DNA of 64,000 nt from Treponemataceae bacterium (GTDB taxonomy: Bacteria; Spirochaetota; Spirochaetia; Treponematales; Rectinemataceae), in the NCBI GenBank assembly GCA_963667725.2, contig CAXXHO010000003.1, forward strand, positions 160,001 to 224,000, in the 5' to 3' direction. Positions 10,462-21,200 of this stretch are shown in pieces. Numbering within the stretch: the first letter of the stretch is position 1; each line of letters starts with the position of its first letter. The translations under genes were made by a program, and so were the position numbers. The notes beneath the pieces were generated by a model. It was not told where the DNA came from. It saw only the letters and a program-made list of their open reading frames with translations, and did not search any database.

Positions 10462-11114
10462 GCCAGCCGCGCGAAACGCGCTTCGTCGTGATGGTGTCGG
10501 GCAACGGCTCCAATCTGCAAGCGTTGATCGACGTCATCGAAAAAGGCGAACTGAAGGCCTCCATCGTCCTCGTGGTCTCCTCGGATCCAGAAGCCTACGC
10601 GCTGCGGCGCGCGGAAAGGGCCGGAATCCCGTCCATCGTCCTGCAGTACAGGCGCGATCCGAAGCTCGAGAAAGAAGCCTCGCGCAGGGCTTATGACAGA
10701 ATGCTCGCCGAGACTATCACGCCATATAAGGCCGACTACATATTTCTCCTCGGGTGGATGCGCATCCTGAGCGCCGAATTCACGACGAAATTTCCCGGCG
10801 GAATCGTCAACCTGCATCCGGCGCTTCCGGGCATGTTTCCCGGAACCCACGCCATCGAAAGAGCCTGGGACGCCTGCGCCAGGGGAGAAATCATTGAGTC
10901 GGGCGTCATGACCCATTTCGTCCCGGACGAATGCGTCGATGCCGGTCCCGTGATCGCTTTCGAGCGTGTAGCGATGGACAGGACTGAGACCCTCGACGTC
11001 TTCGAGAAAAGGATGCACGATACTGAACATCTTCTTGTCCCGCGAACGGCCGGGATACTCGGCTCGATTTCTTCCGGACAGAGAAAGGAGACTGAAGAAT
11101 GCCCCAGGCAATAA
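10458..11114 (+). CDS. purN: Phosphoribosylglycinamide formyltransferase
   Basis: Motifs VSGNGSNLQA, GWMRIL, NLHPALP and VDAGPVI; GTGA overlap with the upstream stop. Confidence 0.95.
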   Translation: MSQPRETRFVVMVSGNGSNLQALIDVIEKGELKASIVLVVSSDPEAYALRRAERAGIPSIVLQYRRDPKLEKEASRRAYDRMLAETITPYKADYIFLLGWMRILSAEFTTKFPGGIVNLHPALPGMFPGTHAIERAWDACARGEIIESGVMTHFVPDECVDAGPVIAFERVAMDRTETLDVFEKRMHDTEHLLVPRTAGILGSISSGQRKETEECPRQ

Positions 11115-12640
11115 TTTCCGTTTATGACAAGACCGGCCTCGTCGAATTCGCCGGGAAGCTGTCGAAGTTGGGTTGGTCCATTCTCGCTTCCGGAGGCACG
11201 GCCAAGGCCTTGCGTGACGCAAGAATCGCCGTTGAGGAAATCGCCGACTACACCGCCGCGCCCGAGATTCTGGGCGGCAGGGTAAAAACCCTCCATCCCG
11301 CCGTGCATGGCGGCATTCTCGCGCGCGCCGCGGGCAAGGACCTCGATGAAATCCGGGAGCTGGGATACAAGGCCGTCGACCTCGTCGTCGTGAATCTTTA
11401 CCCCTTCGAAAAGACGGTGGCCGATCCAGCCTGCGGCCGCTCCGACGCCATCGAGCAGATCGATATCGGAGGCGTGGCGCTGATCAGGGCGGGCGCGAAA
11501 AATCACGAGCGTGTAACCGTCCTCTGCGATATCGCCGACTATGAACCCGTGCTGAGCGAGCTCGAAACCGCCGGTTCCGTTTCGGAAGCAACCAGGAGAA
11601 GCCTCGCCGCCAAAGCCTTCGCGAAGACGGCTGCGTACGATGCGGCCATAGCGGCCTGGCTCGCGGACCAGGCGAAATCGGCCGGCTCGAATGCGGCGGC
11701 ACCGTTTTTTACGCTCAGCGGCTGGAAAGCCCAGGATCTCCGTTACGGGGAAAATCCCCACCAGAGCGCCGAACTCTATGCCTTCGAGAAAGGGAAGGGT
11801 CCGCTCGGCGGCTGTATCCTCCAGGGCAAGGAATTGTCCTACAACAATATCCTGGACCTGGACGCGGCATGGCATGCCGTTGGCCGATTCCGGAACCCGG
11901 CCGTCGTCGTGGTGAAGCATCTCTCCCCCTGCGGCATAGCGGAAGCGGAAAGCGCGGACGCGGCCTGTCTCCACGAAGTCCTGGAGCGGGCCATCGCCAG
12001 CGATCCCACATCAGCCTACGGCGGAGTAATAGCGGTCAACGCTGTTTTCACGGCTGACTGCGTCAGAAGCCTCGGCAAGCTTTTCGCCGAGTGCATCGCC
12101 GCCCCGGGATTCGACGACGAGGCCCTGGAGCTTCTCGCCAAGAAGAAAAACCTCAGGCTCGTCATCCCGGGAAAAGGAATCCAGAGCGTGGAGATAAGGA
12201 CGGTGCTTGGCGGATTTCTACGCCAGGATATCGACGCGGGCGATCCCGAGGAGACAGAATGGAAAACCGTTTCCAGGCGCGCTCCGACTGAAACGGAGTT
12301 GCGCGATCTCCGCTTCGCGTGGAAGGCCTGCATGTCCGTAAAATCCAACGCCATCGTGTTCGCCAAGGGCTGCGCGACGGTGGGTATAGGCGGCGGCCAG
12401 CCCAACAGGGTGGATTCGGTGCGCATCGCCGCCCAGAGGGCGGGCGCGAAGGCCGCGGGTTCGGTGCTTGCTTCCGACGCGTTTTTCCCGTTTCCGGATT
12501 CCATCGAGGAAGCCGCGAGGGCCGGCATTACGGCCGTCGCCCATCCCGGCGGTTCCATCAGGGACGCCGAATCCATAGATGCGGCGGACAGAGCGGGCAT
12601 CGCGATGGTGCTCGTCGGCGTCCGCCATTTTAGACATTAA
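11099..12640 (+). CDS. purH: AICAR transformylase / IMP cyclohydrolase
   Basis: Motifs ISVYDKTG, GGRVKTLHP, LRYGENPHQ, SDAFFPF and C-terminal RHFRH. Confidence 0.97.
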   Translation: MPQAIISVYDKTGLVEFAGKLSKLGWSILASGGTAKALRDARIAVEEIADYTAAPEILGGRVKTLHPAVHGGILARAAGKDLDEIRELGYKAVDLVVVNLYPFEKTVADPACGRSDAIEQIDIGGVALIRAGAKNHERVTVLCDIADYEPVLSELETAGSVSEATRRSLAAKAFAKTAAYDAAIAAWLADQAKSAGSNAAAPFFTLSGWKAQDLRYGENPHQSAELYAFEKGKGPLGGCILQGKELSYNNILDLDAAWHAVGRFRNPAVVVVKHLSPCGIAEAESADAACLHEVLERAIASDPTSAYGGVIAVNAVFTADCVRSLGKLFAECIAAPGFDDEALELLAKKKNLRLVIPGKGIQSVEIRTVLGGFLRQDIDAGDPEETEWKTVSRRAPTETELRDLRFAWKACMSVKSNAIVFAKGCATVGIGGGQPNRVDSVRIAAQRAGAKAAGSVLASDAFFPFPDSIEEAARAGITAVAHPGGSIRDAESIDAADRAGIAMVLVGVRHFRH

Positions 12641-12707
12641 TACAGAGACGCTTGTATCGTCGCGACAAGCGACATTACAGGCAATGTTACGAGCGGAGGA
12701 TAAACAG

Positions 12708-14189
12708 ATGAACGAAGAGATTTTCAAATCCAGCACGGCCCTGACTTTTGACGATGTGCTCATCGTGCCGGCATACAGCGAGATTCTGCCGGCCTATATC
12801 GACACGAAAGTGCGCATAGCGCGCGACCTCACCCTCAACATACCGCTTCTCTCGGCGGCGATGGATACGGTCACAGAGTCCGCTCTCGCGATCGCCCTGG
12901 CCAGGATGGGCGGAATGGGCGTCATCCACAGAAACATGTCTCCCGAGCAGCAGGCCGGAGAAGTGGACAAGGTTAAGCGATCCGAATCGGGCATGATTCT
13001 GGATCCCGTATGCCTTGAAAAGGAAGCTTCCCTCTCCGAAGCCCGCGAACTCATGCAGAAATTCCGGATCTCGGGCATCCCCATCACGAGCGGACCCGAG
13101 AAAAAACTCGTGGGAATACTCACCAACAGGGATATCCGCTTCTGCGCCGCGGAGGATTACGACAAGCCCGTGAGCAGCTTCATGACGAGCGAGCGGCTGA
13201 TCACCGCCAGGGTGGGCACGACGCTCGAGCAAGCCAGGAACATACTCCAGGAACACCGCATAGAAAAGCTGCCCCTGACCGACGAAAAAGGCAGGCTCAA
13301 GGGCCTCATCACGGTGAAGGACATAGCCAAAAAGGCCGACTACCCCAATGCCGCCCTCGATTCCTCCGGCCGCCTTCGCGTGGCGGCGGCTGTGGGCGTG
13401 GGCGCCGACCTGGAGCGGCGTGTCGATCTTCTCGTGTCCAAGAAGGTCGATGCCCTCATCATCGATACGGCCCATGGCCATTCCAAAGGAGTCATCGAGG
13501 CCATAAAGAGAATCAGGGCGCTCGCGCCCGAGCTACCCGTCATCGCGGGCAACGTGGTGACGGCCGAAGGCGTGGAGGCCCTGGCCAAGGCGGGCGCTGA
13601 CGCCGTGAAAATCGGCGTGGGCGCGGGCTCCATCTGCACCACCCGCATCATCTCCGGGGCGGGCATGCCCCAGCTCTCCGCCATCTACCACTGCGCCAAG
13701 GCCGCCGAAGGGTTCGGCATTCCCGTGATCGCCGACGGCGGCATCAAGTTTTCCGGCGACATGGTCAAATCGATAGCGGCGGGAGCCCATGCCATCATGC
13801 TCGGCAACCTTCTCGCCGGCCTCGAGGAGTCGCCCGGCGAACTCGTCCTCTACAACGGCAGACAGTACAAGACCTACCGCGGCATGGGCTCGCTCGCCGC
13901 CCTCCAGGGTTACGGCAAGGACCGCTACGCGACCGGCATCGGCGCCTCGGACAAGCTCGTTCCCGAGGGCGTGGAGGGCATGATTCCCTACAAAGGCAAG
14001 CTTGCGGACTTCGTCTATCAGCTGATAGGAGGCCTGAGATCGGGCTGCGGTTACGCCGGCGCCGGCTGTCTCGAAGACCTGCGCACCAAGACTCGCCTCA
14101 CCAGAATCACGAACGCGGGGCTAATCGAAAGCCACGCGCACAACATAACCATCACGAGGGAAGCCCCCAACTACCAGCGCGGCGAGTGA
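12708..14189 (+). CDS. guaB: IMP dehydrogenase with CBS pair
   Basis: Motifs [32 protein letters not shown] and YRGMGS; GGAGGA SD before 12708. Confidence 0.97.
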   Translation: MNEEIFKSSTALTFDDVLIVPAYSEILPAYIDTKVRIARDLTLNIPLLSAAMDTVTESALAIALARMGGMGVIHRNMSPEQQAGEVDKVKRSESGMILDPVCLEKEASLSEARELMQKFRISGIPITSGPEKKLVGILTNRDIRFCAAEDYDKPVSSFMTSERLITARVGTTLEQARNILQEHRIEKLPLTDEKGRLKGLITVKDIAKKADYPNAALDSSGRLRVAAAVGVGADLERRVDLLVSKKVDALIIDTAHGHSKGVIEAIKRIRALAPELPVIAGNVVTAEGVEALAKAGADAVKIGVGAGSICTTRIISGAGMPQLSAIYHCAKAAEGFGIPVIADGGIKFSGDMVKSIAAGAHAIMLGNLLAGLEESPGELVLYNGRQYKTYRGMGSLAALQGYGKDRYATGIGASDKLVPEGVEGMIPYKGKLADFVYQLIGGLRSGCGYAGAGCLEDLRTKTRLTRITNAGLIESHAHNITITREAPNYQRGE

Positions 14190-14298
14190 CCGCGGGCTTC
14201 CTCCGCCGTTTAATTTTGTTCGAGAATGGATAATCGTTGATTGCGGCGATATACTTCCGATAAAGAATATAGGGATTCTTCCGTATCAAGGAGTTGTC

Positions 14299-14940
14299 AT
14301 GATCGATTTTATAGTAATGGGCGGAGTGGTGTTATGGGTCATCATGGCTCTTTCCGTCGTTGCCTGCGTCATCATCATCGAAAGATTGATATACCTTCGC
14401 CGCATTTCCGGCGATGAAAACAAGCTCTTTATCAGAATCAAAGCCAGCCTCCTTGAGGGACATTACAACGAGGCTCTGTCCATCTGCGACCAGAATCTTT
14501 CGCCCTTTTCTTCCTTACTCAAGACGGGGATCGAGAATCGCCACCAGCCCGAACAGGTTCAGCGCGACATTCTGAAGGACGCGGCGGCCCTTGAAGCGCC
14601 GACCCTCGAAAAGGGTCTTTCCGCTCTCGGCACCATCGGCACGATATCCCCGCTCCTCGGCCTCCTCGGCACCGTGACGGGCACGATGAAAGCCTTCGGC
14701 GTGCTCGGCAAATTCGGCGCCGTCAGCGATCCTTCGGCGCTGGCCTCCGGAGTCTCCGAAGCCCTCATCACCACGGTCGGCGGCATTGTCGTCGCCGTGC
14801 CGGTAATCATTTTCTTCAATTATTTCGTCAACCGCGTGAATCTGATCCTCACCATGCTGGAAAACAGAGTCAACACTCTCGTGATGCTGATCAACGCGGG
14901 CAACGGCCTCTCTAAAAAGAGCGATTCGGAGGAAGAATGA
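14299..14940 (+). CDS. MotA/TolQ/ExbB proton channel family protein
   Basis: Three TM segments; motifs SPLLGLLGTVTG and GVSEALITT; AAGGAG SD. Confidence 0.9.
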   Translation: MIDFIVMGGVVLWVIMALSVVACVIIIERLIYLRRISGDENKLFIRIKASLLEGHYNEALSICDQNLSPFSSLLKTGIENRHQPEQVQRDILKDAAALEAPTLEKGLSALGTIGTISPLLGLLGTVTGTMKAFGVLGKFGAVSDPSALASGVSEALITTVGGIVVAVPVIIFFNYFVNRVNLILTMLENRVNTLVMLINAGNGLSKKSDSEEE

Positions 14941-15350
14941 GCACACGACGTCTGTCGCCGAAAATCGGCGTCGATATGACGCCGCTCATCGATGTAATCC
15001 TGCAACTCATCATATTTTTCATGATCACCACCACGTTCAGGGCGGCCCCCGGCATTTCCCTGGACCTGCCCGGTTCCAGGACGGCCCAGTCCGTTTCTTC
15101 GTCGGCCCTCCATGTCGTGGTGATGACGGAAAACGAAATTTACGTCGAGAAGACGAGAACCAACCTCGAAGGCCTTCCCGCCGTCCTTAAGCAGCGGGTG
15201 TCCGGCTCCGATTCCAGCAGCGTCAGGGCCGTGCTCGAGGGCAGATCGAGCGCGTCGTATCAGCTCATCATCTCCGTCCTGGACGCGTTCAGGATGAACG
15301 GCATCGAAAATGTCGGCCTCATCACAAGGAAGGAGAAGACGGTTCGATGA
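14937..15350 (+). CDS. ExbD/TolR family protein
   Basis: DMTPLIDVILQLIIFFM motif; coupled to the upstream gene by an ATGA overlap. Confidence 0.92.
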   Translation: MSTRRLSPKIGVDMTPLIDVILQLIIFFMITTTFRAAPGISLDLPGSRTAQSVSSSALHVVVMTENEIYVEKTRTNLEGLPAVLKQRVSGSDSSSVRAVLEGRSSASYQLIISVLDAFRMNGIENVGLITRKEKTVR

Positions 15351-16492
15351 AGTCCCCATTGAGCTATGCCGAACAGCAGGAGAAGAAACGCAAAGCGCTC
15401 TCGGTCGGCATAACCTTCGGGCTCTATGGCCTGACCCTGGCCGTGGGCATCGTTTTGAGCATTCTCAATCCTCAGGAGCAGAATTTCTCCAATACCACGG
15501 TCGTCATAAATCTGGACGGTCCCGTCATGAACCAGATCGGGCTTGGCTCGACGAACCCTTCCGAGAAGGGCGAGGAAGCGACGGTAGCCGAACCTACGGT
15601 GCCCGTGAAGACTCCTGAGGTTAAGAAAACCGTTGACGAACCCAAGGCGATGATTCCCGAACAGGCGGCCGTGAAACCCCTGGCCAAACCGGCCCCGACC
15701 CCGACGCCCCCTAAAGCGGCGGCCAAAGTCGAGACGGCTTCGGCGGTCCCGGCACCGGAACAGCCCAAGGTCGCCGAGACGCCTGGCGCATCCTCGGAGC
15801 CGCTTCCCGAAGTTACGCCGCCCGGATTGGTCGCCTCGGCGCCCGAAGAAACGCCTGTCACTCCCTGGGTTCCAGGCCAGCGCGATCCCGGTTCCCATAT
15901 AAGTTCGACCAATTCCATGCTCTTCGTGCCGGGAAAAGGCGAAGTCCCCTGGACGGGGAGCCAGATGACCATACGCAAATCGGAAAAGGGCAGCGCTTCG
16001 GAAACGACCCTTGGAGGGGCCCAGGGAACGGTAGGCCAGAACCTTTACGTCCCTATCTATTACAGCTTCCCCTTGCCAAAAACGGTGCCGGCCTCGATCT
16101 ATAACGCCATTCCCAACCTCACGCAATCGCCCAACGTCATCATCTATTCAGCTCAGGCTAGAAAGAAAGCTTTCACCTCGTATTATGAATTCGACGGCTC
16201 CGCCTATCGGCTCAAGACGGACGTTCCTCTCGACCAGCGCGAACCGCTATGGCAGATACTTGAAGATGCCGGTTATAACGTGGCCGACGCCGATTTTAAA
16301 AAGGGCAGGAACCTGTCGCCCGTGGTCATCGTGTTCACCGTCACGAACAACAATCAGATAAAAGGCGCCGAGATTTATCAGTCCACCGGTGATCCCGAAA
16401 TGGATAGAGCCGCGCTGAACGGATTCAAGAGAGGAATGTACTGGAACAAGACGGGCGAGACGGTGCCCGGCCGCTTTACGTATCGATTCTAG
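15347..16492 (+). CDS. TonB/TolA-like energy transducer
   Basis: Single N-terminal TM, Pro/Ala/Lys-rich linker and TonB_C-like end (QSTGDPEMDRAAL...FTYRF); third gene of an exbBD operon. Confidence 0.7.
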   Translation: MKSPLSYAEQQEKKRKALSVGITFGLYGLTLAVGIVLSILNPQEQNFSNTTVVINLDGPVMNQIGLGSTNPSEKGEEATVAEPTVPVKTPEVKKTVDEPKAMIPEQAAVKPLAKPAPTPTPPKAAAKVETASAVPAPEQPKVAETPGASSEPLPEVTPPGLVASAPEETPVTPWVPGQRDPGSHISSTNSMLFVPGKGEVPWTGSQMTIRKSEKGSASETTLGGAQGTVGQNLYVPIYYSFPLPKTVPASIYNAIPNLTQSPNVIIYSAQARKKAFTSYYEFDGSAYRLKTDVPLDQREPLWQILEDAGYNVADADFKKGRNLSPVVIVFTVTNNNQIKGAEIYQSTGDPEMDRAALNGFKRGMYWNKTGETVPGRFTYRF

Positions 16493-17561
16493 AAAGGTTG
16501 AAATAGTCTTCGTAGAGTTTCGCGTTGAAAAATGCCGCCACCACGTCCGGCGCGAACTGCTTCCCGCTTTCCGCCTTGATTTCTTCAAGCACCGCCTCCA
16601 GGGGCAGCGCTTTTCTATAGGGGCGGGATTGAGCCATCGCGTCGAAAGTGTCGGCTAAGGTTATTATGCGGGCCAGAGGGTCTATATCTTCTCCGGCGAC
16701 CCCGTCCGGATAGCCTTTGCCGTCCCAGCGTTCGTGATGGTGCCTGACGCCATTGATGGCGGGAGCGAAAAACTCGACGATCGAAAGGATCTGGGCGCCG
16801 ATGAGCGGATGCATCTTTATGACTTCGATCTCTTCGGGATCGAGCGAGCCCACTTTATTGAGAATCCGTTCCGGAATGCCTATCTTGCCGATGTCGTGGA
16901 GCAGCGCGGCGAACTCCAGGGGTTCTATCTGGTCTTCGGGCAGCTTGAGTTCCCTGGCGAGCCTCACGGCCAGGCTTCGCACCCTTTCGCAGTGCCCCTG
17001 GGTGTACTGGTCCTTCGCCTCGATGGTTTCGGCCAGAGCCTGGACCGTCTGCATGTTGGCCTGTCTCAGTCTACCGTATGTTTCGTTGAGCTCCATCGTC
17101 TTGGACTGCATGGTGCGTTCAAGCGTGAGCCTGTATTCCTCGTTTTTTTTGTCCTGCTCGAATTTTTCCCTCATGATATCCCGGTAGCGGACAGCCTTGG
17201 CTATGACTTCGGCGATATGCTCCAGCCTGCTCGGTTTTACGAGATAGTCGAAGGCCCCATTGCGCATGGCTTCCAGACCTGTGGAGAGGTCGCTGTAGGC
17301 GGTGAGCATGATGACGGGGGTAAAGGGCTTGACTTCCCTGATCCTAGGCAAGGCTTCCTTGCCCGAGAGAATTGGCATTCGTATGTCGAGAAGAATGCAG
17401 TCAGGATCGAGGTTGCCCGAGGTGAGCATGTCCAGGCCTTCCTGACCGTTCGTCGCCATGCTTACCGCGTATTCCATCCTCTCCAGACCGCGGGACAGGA
17501 CCTTGCGGATGGAGGGATCGTCATCGATTACTAGTATTGTCCGTTGCGTTGCTGCACTCAT
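16476..17561 (-). CDS. Response regulator, REC plus HD-GYP phosphodiesterase
   Basis: REC motifs VIDDD, LLDIRMP, LTAY and LVKP; HD-GYP motifs LLHDIGK, HHERWDGKGYP and DAM..SRPYRK. Start is 17561 or 17594. Confidence 0.92.
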   Translation of the reverse strand: MSAATQRTILVIDDDPSIRKVLSRGLERMEYAVSMATNGQEGLDMLTSGNLDPDCILLDIRMPILSGKEALPRIREVKPFTPVIMLTAYSDLSTGLEAMRNGAFDYLVKPSRLEHIAEVIAKAVRYRDIMREKFEQDKKNEEYRLTLERTMQSKTMELNETYGRLRQANMQTVQALAETIEAKDQYTQGHCERVRSLAVRLARELKLPEDQIEPLEFAALLHDIGKIGIPERILNKVGSLDPEEIEVIKMHPLIGAQILSIVEFFAPAINGVRHHHERWDGKGYPDGVAGEDIDPLARIITLADTFDAMAQSRPYRKALPLEAVLEEIKAESGKQFAPDVVAAFFNAKLYEDYFNLSRIDT

Positions 17562-17619
17562 GTAGACCTTTCCGTCAAAGCGATGAGAACCCATCGGTCC
17601 TCTTTCGGTTTCCGCGGAA

Positions 17620-18162
17620 TCATCCCTTTTTCATTCCAGGGAACAGGAATGGGACACTTTTCTTATATTCGTCGTATCCATGGAAAACCTTGGGAAAAGT
17701 GTAGCGATCTTGTATGAATATTAAAAGCAGATCGAGGCCAATCATGAGGGGAATCGTAAAGAAATTTTCGCTGAAACCCCGCAGGCCGCCGAGGGAGAGG
17801 GCCAGGAGGCAGAACCACCAGAATCCAGGATGCCTGCATAGAGCGTAGGAGCCGCCGCTGTATGGTTCGCCGGGCTTGATTTTTCCCTTTCTTCCGGCCA
17901 GCGCCAGCTCGAAAAAGACGGACCAGAGAAGGAGGGCGAAGGACAGGAGGGCCGTCAGGATGAGCAGCGGCGAAAAAAGCGTTCCGGACGGATTCGCTCC
18001 CCGACGGGCGGCGAGCAATCCAAGCGCCGCCCCGACCGTCAGATAGCCGACCGCCTGAAGGAGCGGAACGCCTTTTTTGCCTTTTGCCCAGAGAAAATCA
18101 GCCGCTATGAGCAGTAAAAATCCTAATACCGTAAGCGAATCCTGTACCATTGTGAAATGCAT
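17620..18162 (-). CDS. ICMT/PEMT-family integral membrane methyltransferase
   Basis: Several TM helices; motifs GSYALCRHPGF and C-terminal F.GYDEYKKSVPFLFP typical of isoprenylcysteine/phospholipid methyltransferase-like proteins. Confidence 0.75.
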   Translation of the reverse strand: MHFTMVQDSLTVLGFLLLIAADFLWAKGKKGVPLLQAVGYLTVGAALGLLAARRGANPSGTLFSPLLILTALLSFALLLWSVFFELALAGRKGKIKPGEPYSGGSYALCRHPGFWWFCLLALSLGGLRGFSENFFTIPLMIGLDLLLIFIQDRYTFPKVFHGYDEYKKSVPFLFPGMKKG

Positions 18163-18217
18163 TATGCTATAGTATCCTCTGCTTTGCCAGATAAAAGTTT
18201 ATTTTAGAGGTTTCGGC

Positions 18218-21200
18218 ATGATTTTGGACGCATCGTCGCTCATTCCGGCATTGTCCTTCATTATTTATATCATCTTCATCGTATTCGGCATTTACAGCCG
18301 GAAAGAGAAAGTCGACACCTCATTCCTGCTCTATATGTTCTTCATGGCGCTGTGGAGCTTTGGCTCTTTCATGATGCACGCCAATACGGGGCTTTTTTCT
18401 CCCCTGACCTGGAACAAGGTCATGCTGCTGGGGCTTTTCGGCGGACCTATCGCGTTCCTTCAGACCATGATATATCTATCCGGTACCGACAAAAAACGCT
18501 ATCAGATATTTCTTTATATTGGCTATATCATATTCTTTTTCCTGATCTATCTCAATCTTTCAGGCAAGGTAGTGACGGCGGCGGGCTTCGATGAGAGCGG
18601 CTTCTATTATGTCCTTGGCAACGGTTCCATCCTGGCGTATTCGCTCTCCTACTTTTTCCTGGGCCTGTCAATTCTTCTTCTATTACGCCAGCTCAAGGCC
18701 AGCGACAACAAGTTCAAGAAGAAGACGCTTAGGCTTCTCATCATTGGCGTTGGCATTATCGTAGTCGGCGTCGCGGCGAATCTGTACAAGCCTATCGGAA
18801 AGTATCCCATCGACCTCCTCGCCACGACGATCAACGCCGCGATCATCTTCTTCGCGGTTTATAAATACCGTCTCATTCACTACTCCTCGGCGGTGCTCAA
18901 CATCCTCCTCACTTTCTTCGTGTCCATACTGACGAGCGCCCTTTTTCTCTTTTTCTTCGTGCCGGTTTTTCATATCAACAACGCGATTCCCTTTCCCCGG
19001 GTCCTCCTCCTGGCACTTATCCTGGGGTTCATCACCTCGATAATCCTCTCGCCGCTCCGGACGACAACCCTCTCCTTTCTCGAGAGGCTCTATGGCGGCA
19101 AGACCTTCACCTACTATCAGAGCCTGAGGGTGTTCTCGGCCAGCCTTACCTCCATCGTGGATCTCGAAACCCTGGGCAACCTCACCATGGAGAAAATCAC
19201 CTCCACCTTCGGCCTCGGATGGGCCCTGATGCTGGTCAACGATTTCAACGACAGGAATTTCAAGCTCAACGTGGCCAAGCAGCTGCCGTTCGATGGGCGT
19301 ATCATCGAAGGGCAGGATCAGTCGATAAGCCTGAAGCGCGGAAGCGAGTTCGTCAGGGTATTCGCGGTTCATCAGGGCAGCGAAAAGAGCGAAATGCAGT
19401 ACCTCTACGTGCCGCAGACCATGATAGACATCACCCTCGAGAAGGGCGAGATTTCCGAAACCCTGAAGGCCAGCCTTATCCTCCCCCTCAAGTTCAAGGA
19501 ACGCCTGAACGGTTTCGTCATACTCGGACCTCAGCTCGACAGGGACTATTACAACCAGTTCGATCTGGAGATGCTCCAGCTACTGAGCGTCCAGTGCTCG
19601 GTGGCCCTGGAAAACGCCATCACCTTCGAGCGGCTGAAGCAGCAGCAGAAAAGGCTACAGAACATCAACAACCAGCTGGAAATCAGCCGTAACAAACTCG
19701 AAGCCTTCTTCGACGGCATCACGACGCCGATCACCATTCAGGACATCAACTACAATATCATCGAAGTGAATTACGCCGCGCGCCGCTATTTTGAGAAGTC
19801 CACCGAGGAACTGATCGGGAACAAGTGCTACAAGATGTTTTTCAACAGGGACAGACCCTGCCTCGAGTGTCTGGCCCAGGACTGCCTCCATACGCGCCTG
19901 CCCTTCAACGCGGAGCGGCAGGACGTGAAGGGACTGCTTACCTTCTCGCTCAACTTCTATCCCATTCCCGTCCCCAAGACGGCCACGCCCATTTTCCTGG
20001 AGTTCTTCCAGGACATCACCAAGCAGAAGACCCTGCAGGATGAACTTATCCAGTCGGAAAAGTTAGCCGGCATAGGTACCCTGGTGTCGGGCATCGCGCA
20101 CGAGATAAACAATCCCCTCGGCGCCATCCTGGGCACGGCAGACCTGATGCTCCCCGAGACCGCCGAGGGAAGCAGGCTGCAGGAATATACGCAGGATATC
20201 GCCCGTTATGCCCAGAACGCCGCGGAAGTCATTCAGGACCTTATGGTCTATTCGCGGAAGACGAAGAGCCAGCCCGATATGGTCAATATCGTCACTATTC
20301 TCGAAAACTCCCTCAAGCTCGCCATGCGCGGTATGGATTTCGGCTCGATCACGGTGAAGAAAAACTATAATCAGACGAACGAGGTTCAGGCCAACGCGAC
20401 CGAACTGCAGCAGGTCTTCCTCAACCTCATCGTCAACGCCGTACAGGCCATGAACTCGGACGGAACGCTGACCCTGGCCGCGAAACAGGAAGATGCCGAT
20501 GTCATCGTGACCATCAAGGATACGGGCATCGGTATCAAGAAACAGAATCTCGACAAGGTCTTCAATCCCTTCTTCACGACTAAAGATCCCGGAGCCGGCA
20601 CAGGGCTGGGACTGAGCATCGCGCATCACATCGTATCGAAACTGGGGGGTAGGATCATCATCGACTCTGAAGAAAAGCAAGGTACGACCTTCCAGATAGT
20701 CCTCCCGGCGGCTAACATGGAGCGCAACAAGATCCGTTTCGTCCACGCGAAGGATACGCGCCAGCTCGAGGACAGTTTCTACCTGCAGCGCAAGGTCCTC
20801 GTGGGCGAAAAGGGCTATCTGGAGGAGACCATCCACCGGAGCGAGGACGAGAGCGCCTTCCACCTGCTGGCGTATAAGGGAATGCAGCCTGTCGGCACGA
20901 CAACGCTTCACTTGAGCGAAGTCGAGGGCGAAATCCCCATACAGAGCAATTACGATCTTTCGGAATACATGGACGGCACTCCCTACGCGGAAATAGACCG
21001 ACTGGCTATCATCAGGGAAGAGCGCGGCTCGATCGTGCCTTTCAGCCTCATGGTCCTCTCCTATCTCTACATCAGAGGCAAGGGCGTGGATAAGATGTTC
21101 CTTGATGTTTTCAGCGACGAGACAAAGCTCATCCGGATGTACGAAAAGCTGGGCTTCAGGGTGATCGGAACCTACAACAAGCCGCTCGCGTGCACGGTGA

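Noticed and set aside
12641..12707. Purine riboswitch ahead of guaB
   Set aside because: Only 67 nt with a simple CGCTTGT/ACAAGCG hairpin, and none of the conserved purine aptamer junction sequences.
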